Source: the human T2T-CHM13v2.0 reference genome, Homo sapiens. From it: a stretch of DNA of 64,000 bases. Shown here in pieces: positions 1-13,922 of this stretch. Each line of letters starts with the position of its first letter. Position 1 is the first letter of the stretch. Made by a program: the position numbers and the translations under genes. The stretch is taken from NCBI RefSeq assembly GCF_009914755.1, contig NC_060929.1; one strand, 5' to 3'. The notes beneath the pieces were generated by a model that searched no databases, was not told where the DNA came from, and saw only the letters and a list, made by a program, of their open reading frames with translations.

Positions 1-1939
1 TGGCTACAGGATTGCCATCTTCTCTGAGTTCTCTATTAGAATTAGGGAGTGCTGAGTGGAGGCACAGGCTTGGTTTTGGATTGGGAACTACTGGGCGCAG
101 GTAGAGGCCACCTGCTGATCTTCCTGGTGGGTCTAGAGCCAGCTCCTAATTAACCTTCTGCAGTAGTGAGCACAGAGGAGGTGGGACTGGAATCCAGCCA
201 TCATAGGAACCACAGCCAGGATGGAGCTGCAGATTTAACAGTGAGAGGACAAAGGCTGGGGAAAGGGCTGGCTCCCTCCCACACACCCCTCATCTAAAAC
301 ATCTTCAATGTCAGTCCGTGGTGAATGCTAGACCTCAAAAGTTCCCATTCTTCCCCTGGTCCCCAAAGCCCACAAATGTGTGTTGAATTCTGTGTCTGTT
401 TTATTTCACTTTTAAAAGTAGTCTCACACACAATAGAATTTGAAGCTGGAGCCCCCTCATTTTCCAGGTAATAAAAGCAAGCCTTGGAAAAGTCGAATGG
501 CTTGGCAGAAGCACCGAGAACCTCTTGGTGTTTTTTCTGTGTCACCGCTCTGGGTCTGAGGAGGATGCCTACCTTCTAAGCTAAGCAAAGAGTAAAATCA
601 ACGTGATACTGAAGAAAGAATCTTTGAGTGGTGCTTTTAGTCACAGGGAACAGGCTTTCCTAGAAGCTGCAATTGCCCGTGACCATGAAGGAAAACAGCC
701 ACTTAAGAACAGAGAGAGAGAGATAGGAGTTTAGTCCTTTAGGAGGGAATCAATGGAAAGGGAAAAGGAGCTCCCATGACCACTCTCCAGCCCCACTCAG
801 CTATCTCAGGCCTCCCTTGCTTCGCCGCATGGCGATTAGACAGCTGGGGGTGAATAATGCGGTCTGGGGTCTCCCTGAGCTTGGCCTCCGTGGGAGAGGG
901 AAAAATAAGACCAGTGATTTCATGAGTAAAGTACGCCAGAGCACTAGGAAAGAAAGTGTGAGCTAGACTAACACAGGATGAGTATATGAATTCCAGTAAA
1001 CTCAGAAGGATTCCTTCATTTGTGATTTTTACTTTGTAGGTAAATTTCATTAGTAGCATAATATTGACTATCCTTACAGCACTGCCAAACACCAGCCTTT
1101 AATAAAAATTAACATTATCTACGTGAAAGTCTTCCTTTATGGCCACCTACTTTGGTTTAACCGATCTGAAATGATGTTGCTTAGTCAATGAGTCATCTTT
1201 TGTTGTATATCCCTAAAATACCATTGATTTGATAGTCCAGAAAGCTCAGAATGTAATATGTTCATTTCTCTATCAGTTTCCCCAGCGATTTAAATAAAAG
1301 ACAGTGACTGATTAACTAAAATAAATGGAACCAGGTTGTTAATTTTGGTTTTATAGAGAATGTGGGCTGGCAGGGAGGAAATCTTTATTTTGCAACTGGA
1401 AAAAAAATCTGACTTTGTATAAAAAAGAACAAATTCAGAGTATTTTAGATTTACCTTTGCTTTTCATTTGTTTCATGTATTCTTTAAATGGATTATAGAA
1501 TCAGAGGAGCTTATTTTCATTTTTGTGTGCGTAAGATGTGACTTAGAAGGGGTTCTCATTGTTTTGACTTAAAACACACTAATTCATTATGTATTGTATC
1601 TTGAGAACAGTGGCTACAGTTGACAGATGATTATCTATTTTCTCTGTGTGCTCTTTGGATGCAGAATTACCTGTAAAAACAAACTAGCTTAGTATGTTCT
1701 TGGTTGCTTTATGTCAGATGTATTATGTAGTTTTTCAAGTAGCAATTCTAGAGATGAAACTCTAGTTTTAGAAATATTTTAAAGACAGTATTTACAAACT
1801 GAAGTGGAATGTAGTGAGCTTGGAGTTGAGAAGACCTCCATTTGAATCTCTTTTCTTGGGCAGGTTACTTATCCGAGCCTCAATTTCTTGCTTAATAGAA
1901 ATAATGATTAAAGTCTGCTCTCTTTTTATTTGTAGCTTT

Positions 1940-2215
1940 TATTTGTGATTCAGAATTCAGAATTTCTCAAAGATTAGAAAAGTAACACAGTGTACAATAC
2001 TAACACTTCTAGTGGCATCTGGACAGCCCCCCCATAATCAAATGCATGGCTATTTCTATAGCTGAATGTTCAAGGACTTGCACTTATTAAGTACTCAGTA
2101 AAGACTATGTAAGTACCCTCAGGTTAGGTTTTATTGACGGATGAATTTTTAGAACCAAGTTTTGAAAAATATTTGGAATTTCAGAGCTTTCTGTGGTTGA
2201 GATCATGGAACTGTA
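1940..2215. mobile_element. MER46C/Tigger4-like DNA transposon relic
   Basis: Resembles MER46C consensus segments (tctggacagccccccataatcaaa, taaagactat, tttcagagcttt); boundaries approximate. Confidence 0.55.
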
Positions 2216-2430
2216 TTGCCCTCCCAAGCAGAGCATAGAACAGTCATTCAATAAATAGAGCTGATGGCAATGATGCGATGCATGACCATGATAGAAAACC
2301 ATTCTAGGAAGTATTTGCAATCAACACCTCTGCATTTCAAAGGGAAAATATCATTTACATTGGTTTTCACATCGTATGTTGTTGTGAGGTAGGCTTTGAA
2401 ATACTCTCCTGTTTGATGAGGGTTTAGTAT

Positions 2431-2849
2431 GTGTTTCTTAGTCTGTGTTGCTATAAAGGAATACCTGAGTCTGGGTAATTTCTAAAGAAAACAGGTTTAT
2501 TTGGCTCACGGTTCTGCAGGCTGTACAAGAAGCATGGCACCAGCATGTGCTTCTGGGGAGGCCTCAGGCTGCTTCCACTCAGCATGGAAGGCAAAGGGGA
2601 GCCGGAGCTGCGTGTACAGAACACACGGCGAGAGAGAAGCAAGAGAAAAAGGAGGGAGGTGCTGGGCTCTTTTCAACAATGAGCTCTTGCAGGAGCTAAG
2701 AGTTAGACTCACTCCCTCCCTTGAGGTGGTATCAGGCCACTGATGAGGGATCTGCCCCCATGACTGGAACACCTCCCGGTAGGCCCCACTTCTGACACTG
2801 GATATCATATTGCAGTGTGGGACTTGGCGGGGCCAAACAAACCACAGCA
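2431..2849. mobile_element. MST-family (ERVL-MaLR) solo LTR
   Basis: tgttgctataaaggaatacctgagtctgggtaattt...ggctcacggttctgcaggctgtacaagaagcatggcaccagcat is typical MSTA/MSTB sequence. Confidence 0.85.
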
Positions 2850-4314
2850 GAGAGAGAAAGAGAGAGAGAGAAATTTTTAAACAAATTTTTAAATAGTAAT
2901 TACTGAGAAAGAGGAATCCGTAAATACTCTACAAGACCACAAATACTGAGTATTAGGTAGTAGGGACCTACTACAGAAAATAATTTTACAAATAGCTTAT
3001 ACAGGATGCCAGAACTCTGCAGCGGGACTCAGGAAGCATTACCTGTGGCCAGTTCCTGTTGCATCTAATCAAGGGTTGGTAACTATTCGCAGATTTACCC
3101 TAACTCAGTTTTGCTGAGCGTTGTGACAGCGTCATTTCCTAAGAGGTTACTTACCCAACAGCCTGAACCATTCTGAAACAAAAGCAGAGGTCTTTCCTTT
3201 TTCATCTCACCTGTATGTCAGGGCAGAAGCAGTGTAGACGGGAGGATGAGCCCTGAGGCAGGCATCCTGGCTTCTAGTGCACACTCAGGCTTTCCCATAA
3301 AGTCACAGAGGGCCCTGCCTGTGTCTTCATCTGTAAGAGGATAGGGATCGCCCTACCCCTGGCTCACTGTGAGGATGGATGGCTCACTGCACACACAGCC
3401 TTAGGTCAGGGGCTGCTTCCACAGCAGGTGCTCAGATGGCGAGATGATTGCTGGTCAAATGACCGTAATCATGCCACCATCACGTTCAGTCTTGCAATTA
3501 GGACCTTGGTTTCCTTTTCATTACAAACAGGGAGTTAAGCTAAACATTCTGAACAGCTTTCCGCCTTCTGACATTTGACTTAGGTGCTGAGTGATGGTAG
3601 CTGTTTCAAGTGTGCACGGTCCACTTTGGAACAACCGTGACCTTGGGACTGTTGTTTTGTCCATTAGAGGGCACTGGTGTACTGAGGAATGAGCCCACAC
3701 CACACCCTCTGAACAGAGAGGAAGGTGGTGGTGGTCTCCAGCTTTACTCTTCTGCCTCTGTGCAGAGTAGCCGTGGGAAGGGATCAGCTTTTGTGTTTTT
3801 CATCTGGAAGGGAAGCAGCAAGCCCCAGGCCAGCCTTATTGTCTGTGGAGTTGAGGACACAGAGCAAATAGATAACAGGACTGTCTGGGAAGGGGGCGGA
3901 GGTGCAGCTGGCTGGACTGGATAGATAAAGGCCTGTAATTTGCTTATCTTAGTATGTTTTAAATGGGAAGATTTCACAAGCATGTCTTTAAAATGTTACT
4001 TAGACCAGGTATATTGACTCAGGATCACTGGGTAATCTGAGTAATCTACCCATACTTAGAATCAACAGCCTCATGGGGAGTTTGGTTTTGAATATTAGCT
4101 GGATTTCATAGCTGTCTGCAATTATTTATTATTATTTTAAAAGTGGAAATTATCATTGGAATTTGTACATATTCCTTTGAATTATTTTCATGTTTATTGG
4201 AAATACGATTTCACCTGGTATTTACATTTCTGTCTGAAGGAATCACTGTTAAAAGAAAAATGCCCATTATAATCCTGAGTGGTTGGTTTATAGCAGCTTT
4301 TATTTCCAACTTAA

Positions 4315-4674
<360 letters not shown>

Positions 4675-5232
4675 TAATTTAAAAATGTTGTATTTTGCTT
4701 CCTCTGGCCCTTTCTACCAAATAATGTTTATCTTTTATTTTTTGAAATTGTGCCCTTATTTCAAGTCTCTATGGACTTTCCAGTAATCATCAGGTTTGCT
4801 GCTTACTGGTGACTTAATTTTTCTCTTTACGTAAGTTAAGTAATATACCGAATATATTATATAATTTAAAAAAAAGTCTCCTTAGCCCTCCTGTAGATCT
4901 TACAGGCAGGTGAACTGTAGCAGAGGTGTTACTTATGTACCTCTAAATTCTTTTCAAGCTAGAAATATTTGATACTTCTCTTTTGCATGGTTTGGCCTCA
5001 TGCCCAGGAGCACATTCCATTAAATGTATCCATTCTCAAGGCCGAGAGGTCCAGAAGTTGTCCTTGAGACATTTCTTTAGCCGTGGAATGGACCTGTGTT
5101 TTATAATATAAAAGACTGTGGGACAAACAACTCAGCAACGCTTTGTCTGCCTCGAAATCAGGTGGTGAATGTAGCAATACCTTATAGGACTCTCTTTTTA
5201 ATCCCAAGAAAGAAAAATAATGTACTAAATAC

Positions 5233-5775
5233 ATGAGTTAAAATAATATACTCAATGCATGAGTTAAAATAATGTGCTCAATACACTAATGTGCTCAATA
5301 CACTAGTTAAAACAATGCGCTCAATCCACCAGTTAAAGTGCACGCCCAATACGCTAGTTAAAACAAAGCACTCAATACACCAGTTAAAACAACGCGCTCA
5401 ATACATGAGTTAAAGTAATGTGCACTCAATACGTTAAAACAATGTGCAAGTTAAAACAATGCACTACTTAAAACAATGAGCTCAATACGCTAGTTAAAAC
5501 AATGTGCTCAATACACTAGTTAAAACAATGCACTGAATACGCTTGTTAAAACAATGCACTCGTTAAAGTAATGTGCACTCAATGCACTAGTTAAAACAAT
5601 GCGCCCAATATGCTATTTAAAACAATGTGCTCAATACACTAGTTAGTGTGCTCAATACGTGAGTTAAAACAATGCGCTCAATACACGAGTTAAAATAATG
5701 CGCTCAATACGCCAGTTAAAACAATGCACTCAATACTCTAGTTAAAATAATGTACCGAATACATTAGTTAAAATG
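5233..5775. repeat. Degenerate ~26-bp minisatellite, about 20 units, consensus AGTTAAAACAATGYGCTCAATACACT
   Basis: Recurrent GTTAAAACAATG...CTCAATAC units read directly. Confidence 0.9.
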
Positions 5776-6475
5776 GAATATGTACAGCCTGTGCCGTCAG
5801 GAGCTTGAAATGAGATGGAAGCTTGCCATGAGTTCTGGTTATAGGCGGGGATGCCATTTGCCACACTGACATTAAGATGCTTGACATAGAGGTCATCGAA
5901 TGCTGACAACTACCTGTGACTGTCACCACTGGGCAGGTAAGGAACCTGAAGCTGAGAAGGAATAAGGAACTTGCCCAAGAGCACACAGCTAAATTCTATG
6001 TCTCTGTATAGGGGGGCTGGAAATGGAGGGGTGGAAATGAGACCAGGCTCGGCCTCCACCCCCACCCCACACCTCCCACACGTCTGATTTCAGTGCCTGC
6101 CAGTTCTAGAAGGGTCTGTACAGAGGACCACAAGAGGTTTGTTAAGGTCTGCAATTTACCTGTAATACTAACTTTGCTAGACCTTGACCAGAAAGGACCC
6201 TCTGCCAGGCCCTCAGATGTGAAGGTCAGTGGTTTGGAGCAATGAGGAACATGTCAGGCTCTGATACTCACCAGCTGCTGCTTTTTTCCCCCTATATCTA
6301 TGAACATGGCTGATCTCTCTACAGTACAGTTGATCAAGGGCAAGGAACCACAAGCTAAGCCCCTTTTATTTTGCCATTAGCAGAGCCATGGCTGGTTGGC
6401 TTCCCAGATTGCCCCCTAGACCACTGTCTTTGCTGTGTGTGCCCATTTGTTCTTTAGTCCAAGGTGATTTTGATC

Positions 6476-6814
6476 TGCATCGTCTGAATGTTTGTGTCCC
6501 CCCAAATTCATGTTGAAATATACTCCAGAAGAGGTGGGGCTTCCAGGAGGGAATTAGGCCATGAGGGCTTCACCCTTGTGAATAGCATTAGTGCCCTTAT
6601 AAAAGAGGCCTGAGAGAGCTTGTTTGCCCCTTCCTCCATGTGAGGACACATAGAAGGCACCTTCAACGAGGAACAAGCCTTCACCAGTCACTGAGTCTCC
6701 TGGCTCCTTGATCTGGGACTTCATAGTGTCCAGACTATGAAGCCCTACATTTCTGTTGTTTATAAATTACTCAGTCTAAGGTGTTTTGTTAGAGCAGGCT
6801 GAATGGACAAAGAG
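6476..6814. mobile_element. MLT1A/MSTD-like (ERVL-MaLR) solo LTR
   Basis: tctgaatgtttgtgtccccccaaattca...tagtgcccttataaaagaggcc...ataaattactcagtctaaggtgttttgttagagcag. Confidence 0.8.
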
Positions 6815-7007
6815 AGCACCAGAGTTACAACATGCAAAGTATGAGTGAACCTTCAATACTATAGCTGTGCATTAACAAATATGTTTAAATATTTAAAATC
6901 TTTTAAAGTTTTCAGTTTTTAGCTAAAGACATCACTGACTTAGTTTTTTGCTGGTTATCTCCTATCCATCAAAGAGGACAAAGTGGGCATTTGATGTAGT
7001 GTAAATG

Positions 7008-7245
7008 CAGTTGTCCCTCAGTGTCTGCATGATCGCCCACATATACCAAAATCTATGGGTGCCTAAGTCCTGCATTTGGTCCTCTGTATATGTGGGCTTC
7101 ACGTTCTGCAAATACTGTAGTTTCAGTCCACATTTGGTTGTGGATGCGGAACCCTTCTGTACGGAGAGCCGACTGTACTTATTTTTTAAAACCACATAAA
7201 AGTGGACCTGTGTATTTCAAACCCATATTGTTCGCAGGTCAACTC
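7008..7245 (+). mobile_element. MER8/Tigger2-family DNA transposon
   Basis: Starts cagttgtccctc, ends ttcaaacccatattgttcgcaggtcaact; about 240 bp. Confidence 0.75.
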
Positions 7246-7972
7246 TAGTTTGTTAGATATTGTCAGCGTTTTGTGATTTAAGTATGAGACCCAATGAACT
7301 ACTCAGTTCCAACTACGAAGTTTAAAACATAAGATTATACTGCTTTGTTTTTACTTTTTCTTTAGTGTGGTGGATTTCACCTAGCAAGAACTTTTAAGTA
7401 ATTAAATTCATGAAATGCTTAGCTTTTGCAGCATCTTAGTTTAAAGAATAAATTATCCAAGCTCAAGACTGAGGCATGTAAGTGTTAGGTTTTACTTCAT
7501 GTGTTTGAGTCTTCTAAAGAAGAGATGGAAAAAAAATGACTCTGTAGTTAAACTTGAATTGCCTTAGTAGTGTAGCTTTAAGCCTTATAAAATTGCTAAG
7601 TTAAATTGGCCCTGTGTGACTTCCTAATCACTGTCTTATACAATACCCAGTCAGTTTGGTGGCCCAGTGGTGCATAGATAAGTTGAGATTTAATTTAATC
7701 ATTATTGCATGCAATGTTTATACATAGAAAGGTTTCCACTTTTAATGTAAGAGATGATTAAAGTCCTGCTGGGAAAGCTGATGTAATTATCAGCTTGTAA
7801 TTATCGAGTGTGTTAAATTAGTATCCAATTACTTCTTCCCATTTTTTTTTCTCGTTTGCTTCTTGTTTCTTACAGAGTTTTAACAACAGAAGGGGTCTTC
7901 ATTGGATAACCTTAAACATTGAACATGGCAGGACATTGTTTTTATGGCATATGTACCTGTATTTCATTGTAG

Positions 7973-8095
7973 GTGCTAGACTGGATCGAGAACCACGGAG
8001 AAGCATTTCTGAGCAAACATACAGGTGTGGGGAAATCTCTTCATCGGGCCAGAGCATTGCAGAAACGTCATGAAGATTTTGAAGAAGTGGCACAG
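7973..8095 (+). CDS. TRIO: TRIO coding exon (probably exon 10), spectrin repeat
   Basis: ttgtAG|GTG acceptor and CAG|GTaaaa donor; 123 nt, phase 0-0; VLDWIENHGEAFLSKHTGVGKSLHRARALQKRHEDFEEVAQ recognised as Trio/Kalirin-type spectrin repeat. Confidence 0.96.
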
Positions 8096-11000
8096 GTAAA
8101 ACAATGGCTTCTATTATTTTATCCCATAAATACCCGTGTGGTTGATTTTGGATTACAGTTTTAACCACATTTGAGATAAGTTAGCATTAGCTCGATGTGT
8201 TTGACACCTCAGATGAGGTAAAGGCTCCGATTTCAGAGTGAAGTTGTCATTGCCTAGGCAGAAACATGATTTGGTAAGTTGACGCTTTCTAAAATACGAT
8301 GTTCTTGGAACAGAAATGTGACTTGGGTGTTTTTGTCTTGTTTATTATACCAGTGCCTTTTGACTACTTTGTGAAATTCCAGTTTATAATCAGGAAATAA
8401 CAGTTCCTTCTGCGTTTCTATAGTAGTAGGCTAAGCCTTACTTGTTCTGTTTGCATTTCTTTAAATGTGTGGGCTTAGGAAACAGGAGCCGGGAGTCCAG
8501 TGTGTTCCGAATGTGGGATTTGTGGGGTTTGAGCACTGGCCGCCTGACTTTGGACAAGTCGCTTAACCTTTCTAAGGTTAACTTTCTGATCTGAAAAATA
8601 AGCCCAGTAATTTATTTAATAAGATTTTTCTTATAGTCAACTTCTTTAAACTAGTGAGTTGTGGCTTGATGAAGTAACACAGCAGAGATTCAGAAAGGAA
8701 GTGGTGAAATGTTATGGTTGAATTCATTTAAAAATGTACTAAATATAGATTTATTATATAGAACAGTTCTGGTGTTCTGAGAAGGAGGAACCCAAAATTC
8801 GAACCTCATGTTTAGGTGGTGGAAGCGAGTCATACAGTGTAACTTCTGCAGACACAAGACCTAGCTGCAGGGGCCCTGGGTTTCAGAATTTGTTTTAGAC
8901 ACGGCTGCAGTCACCTCAGGAAGCACTTGGATCCATTTTGCATGCAGTTTTGCAGAGTCAAGAACTTCCTCGTAACTAATTTGAAGGTCCTTTCCTTAAT
9001 TTTGTACAGTGATTGTGAGTAGCTCTATCCTGTTGAATGAATCCATGCTAATTGATGTGTATGTGTGGTGTGAATAGCCATCGTGCATTTTCATGGGCTA
9101 GTGTAAAAAAAGAAATAAAAAATACTTTTCATGCGAAGCTTTTTGCAAATAACTGTCAGGAAGATACTCTTTCATGTTAATGTTCCTGTTTTAGATTTTA
9201 AAAGTTATGATTAAAACAGCCAGTAAAGCCCAGAAAACTCAGGTTCAAGGAAGAATCTGGTTTTGAGAGCACAGAAGGTATCTTTACTATCATTAGTAAA
9301 TCTTTGGCATAGCATCCTTCCTAAGTACCTGCTCTGTGAATTCTTAAACCACCCTCGCTCTTTTCTGCCTATCCCCCTGGATTCAAATTATCTTTCAGAG
9401 ATGTAACCTGCCACAAAGTTATTATCCAGGAAGCCATTTCTGTCAACAGCTTTTCGTATGTGCCACGTAATTATCTTGTCTTCCTGGATAAAAGAGTTTG
9501 TCATTTAGGAAAGCAGGAGACCTTGAATTCATTCTTGATTTTTAAAAGAAAAGCAGACCAGTGACTCCCTGGTCATGACTTAACTCATTCATCTTTTGCA
9601 AGGAGGATAACTGCCTCCATAACACGTGGACATACAGAATGTCCCCACGTGTAGCATGCTCTAAATTCTGATTTGTGACAGCCGTTAGAGCATGCATATG
9701 TACAAAATAGGCTGTTGCTTTGCAGTAAGTTTGGTTCCTAATATAAGATGTATTGTTTTTAATCTTTTAAAATAAATTACTAGTGGAAAATTCAGGTCAA
9801 ATTATTTGCTATCAAGCATTTTCTTTAGACTGGCACGTATTTACAGGGTACCAAATCTTCTCATCTGCTAATTTTTCCTTATTAAAAATACTTCCAAAAT
9901 TTACCAATATGACTCCACTGCTTTCTGATTGCAAGACAGTGGAAAACTTCATCTCTCGGAGCCTCGGTTTTCCTCGCTGTAAAATGATACCTAACACCTA
10001 CCTTCACCGAGTCGCTGTGATGAGAATACATGTAGAAATGCCTGACACCCAGCAGGCGCTTGTGGTGCTGTCTTTGCCTAGAACAGTACGATCATTCAGA
10101 TTATTCAGATCTTTTGGTGAATACTAGCCTTGTGTTTACGTTTTGGGACAAGAGCCACTAGAAGCCAAATGCGCCTGCGACTTTGCCCTTCCTGCAGTCT
10201 TCAGCTGCAGGACCAGTTTTTACTAAAGACGGCCAGAGGCTGTATTTGGAATCCAGTGGAAAATAATGAGACTTGGCTCTTCCTGCAGTCCTCAGCAGCA
10301 CTGGAAAGCAGCACCAGAGGATGTTGGAGTTGTATCACCCGCGGGCCACTTCACCTCGCTAAAACCCTCCCACTCCCACACTACACAACAGTGTGTGTCC
10401 GGTCAAATGGTGAGAGACATAGATAGTTGTCTGTGTTTTGCTGTGTCCAGAGAAATCCACAGCACTTCTTGGGTCCACTGTTAGTTAGCGTTTGTGGTGC
10501 TGCTTACTCTATCCTGTGGACACATGTTGCAGGGGCGGTGAGCTTGTCTCTTGGGATGCCGTGTTTTCCCTTCACGGATGAAAAGACGATCCCTGGGAAT
10601 TTGTGTGCCTTTTAGGTGATAATTTAAGTTACCTGGGGCTTTTAATTTGCACTGTAGATGTCCTGGCCCATCATTCTTCTGATTACATTTCTGTATTAAT
10701 AAAATACCTTGGAGGTTTTCAATATGCAGACTTTGTTGTCTTTTAAACCAAGCAAATATAATGAAAGTATTTAGGCCTCAAATGCTCATTTTCCTTCTTT
10801 TTCCTATCTGTTCTAAGTTCCCAAAATCCCTTATTTTCCATTGAATTCTAAGTACAGCCCCTGGTCATCTTTAGTGAGAAACAGCCCTGCAGCCAAGGAT
10901 TGCAGGAAGAGCAAAGTCTCATGCACCTTTGCCTTCTAGTGGCTCTTTTTGTCTGCTTGAGTCCTACCAAGTTCTCAAGAAAAAGAGGACACCAGTTAGG

Positions 11001-11239
11001 CCCCCACCCTGGCCTGGCCTTACCTTATTCCTTTTAATCCCCATGGCAGGGATGACCCACACACCACAGATCAGAAAACGGCTCTAGCATGAGATGCCTC
11101 GGGAACAGGATAGTAGGAGTTGGACAGGAGAAGCCCAGTCTCTCAGACTCTCAAATGCTCCCTGACTCTGATATCCTCCCCACTTTAGTCCAGTGTCTCA
11201 GTTTCCCCTCGTGTGAGGAACTGTGGCTTAGGTACTGGT

Positions 11240-11390
11240 TGTTTTAACAATCCCAGCTCTGCTGACTGACTTGGTGGACAAGTTACTGCACCCCTCTGTG
11301 CCTCGATTTCCTCGCCTGTGAAATGGGAAATCAGGTAGTATCCATGTCCTGCCGCTTTTGTGAGGCACAGTGTTAAGTGCCAAAAAGGTA
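11240..11390 (+). mobile_element. MIR SINE fragment (other MIR relics near 1810, 3260, 8490, 9950, 21650, 30690, 32610, 34900, 48900)
   Basis: aatcccagctctgctgactgacttggtggacaagttact...ctctgtgcctcgatttcctcgcctgtgaaatggg matches the MIR core. Confidence 0.7.
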
Positions 11391-12855
11391 GCATTTCTGA
11401 TGAGTATGGTTGATACTAGCACAAAGAAATCTCTGTTCTCCAGTTGCAGAAGGACCCAGGGAAGGTCTCGTTCCCGGGAAAACCTGGCCAGGGGTTTCAG
11501 AGGCACGAGTGCTGACACAGGCCCCACCAGCCCTGGCACCTTTTGTGCTGTCTCATGTTCTTCAAGCACAAGATTAAAAGGGAAATAAATGATGGCTGTT
11601 TCACGTCTCAGATCATTCAGAAATGCACTTGTTTCTTTGGGACATTTTAAAAAATATCTTTACTTGTTGGAATAGACGTGGGAAGGCTTTCAGAAACGTA
11701 ATACTTGGCTGTTGGGAGGCTCTGTCATCTTTAGATCCACTTACCAAATATGAGAAGTCCACAATTCCAAAACTGTAGTGGTGATCATAGGAAAACAGGA
11801 TTCAGCTCTTTAGAAATGTGAGTCTGTGGCACTCTGGGTTCTCTGTACAGCTTGCTACACCGTTAGCTTCATTCAGCATGGAGGCCCCGTTGTGCCCATG
11901 ATAGAGATGCAGACACAGGAGTTCCGAGGTGACGCTCAGCTGGGGGTAAGCAGGGACTTCCAAGCCTTCTTCCCTGGAAGGAAGCCACCTGCAGGTGCGG
12001 CCTCTGATGGCTAGAGAACCTTTGTAGGCAAGAGTGCAGGCAGACCCTCCACAGCAGAGCCGTTGGTGCTCATGGCTGACCATGGTCACAGGAGTGCCCA
12101 CTCTTGTGCCCAGAGGCACAGGTGGCAGCCATAGGAGGGGAGGGCCTGGATGAGAGAAGCCCTGGAAAGCAGTCAGGAATTGTTCCATAGGTGAAAGCTG
12201 CTTTTTAGATCTGTCTCGTGTGTGTGTGTGTGTGTGTACACATGCGCATTCACATCTGTCTGTTAAAAACCATGTATGTATTCATGCGAATAGCTCCAAT
12301 TCCAGCCCAATGCCAAGAGTTCACTCAAGTTTTCTCCTTCGCTATATTTATAACTCCCTTTTCTCAAATAGAGAAACCTGGCTCCCATTATCCCTCAGGT
12401 ATTGGCTTACTTGTGTAATTCCATTCTACTAATGTAACCAGTCTCCCAACTTGGAGGCCACCCCTCCCCACATGACGCCCTCACATCCTGCTCAGACCCT
12501 CACCGATGAGACGCCTTCCCTGCTCATCTTACATCTCTGAGAAGGATAAGGATTCACCTTGTTTCTCAAGGGAAACCCAAAGCTGACTTCCTGGGCCTTC
12601 TTAGAAGGCCTGAGCTCCGTTCCTTTCCTGTCCTGGCATCCCCCAGCGTCTCCCGGGGCTCCCCTCCCACCTGTGGACCCCTCCGCAGCAGCTTCCTGTA
12701 ACAGCATCAGGGCTCTCGCATGCCTTCCTGTTGGAGGAACCCACTTACAGCCTCAGATTATTAGGAATTAAGGTGATTTTTAGAGTATTTTAGACACGTG
12801 TTTACACTTTGAGCTCTTTAAAACTCTGGCTACTTTAGAGCCATTATAGTTATTA

Positions 12856-13281
<426 letters not shown>

Positions 13282-13730
13282 TTAACCTTTAACTTGTACT
13301 TCGAGAATTATCGTAAAGCATTGTATCATACGGAAAGACATAGACTGGAACTCTCTGCTTGGTGATAAAACTGGAAGAAAAAGTGAAGCAGGCATTTGTT
13401 GCTGGGGGCCGTCTCCTGACTCCACCTTGGCAAAAATCTGAAAGCTCTGAGTCACAAGACAGCCAGCAATTGCCTGCAGATAGTCCATCACTACCTTCAA
13501 TACAAGGGTTTTGATATGGGGTTCAAAGTTTAACAATCTAAAACAACAGCGGGAAAGGAATTCTGCATAGAATTCCCAAAATCATCTCTCCCCATCATAT
13601 TTTTCTGTTTGATTCATGTAAGTGATCAAAAATATCACAAATTGACTGTGTTGCTATATATTATGGCGCCCAGCCTGGCTGGTCTGCTTTTCACTTACCT
13701 TCTGTTTCTCTGGGATGTTCTCTTGTGCAG

Positions 13731-13922
13731 AACACATACACCAATGCGGATAAATTACTGGAAGCAGCAGAACAGCTGGCTCAGACTGGGGAATGTGACC
13801 CCGAAGAGATTTATCAGGCTGCCCATCAGCTGGAAGACCGGATTCAAGATTTCGTTCGGCGTGTTGAGCAGCGAAAGATCCTACTGGACATGTCAGTGTC
13901 CTTTCACACCCATGTGAAAGAG
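13731..13922 (+). CDS. TRIO: TRIO coding exon (probably exon 11)
   Basis: gtgcAG|AAC and GAG|GTaagg; 192 nt, phase 0-0; NTYTNADKLLEAAEQLAQTGECDPEEIYQAAHQLEDRIQDFVRRVEQRKILLDMSVSFHTHVKE. Confidence 0.96.
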
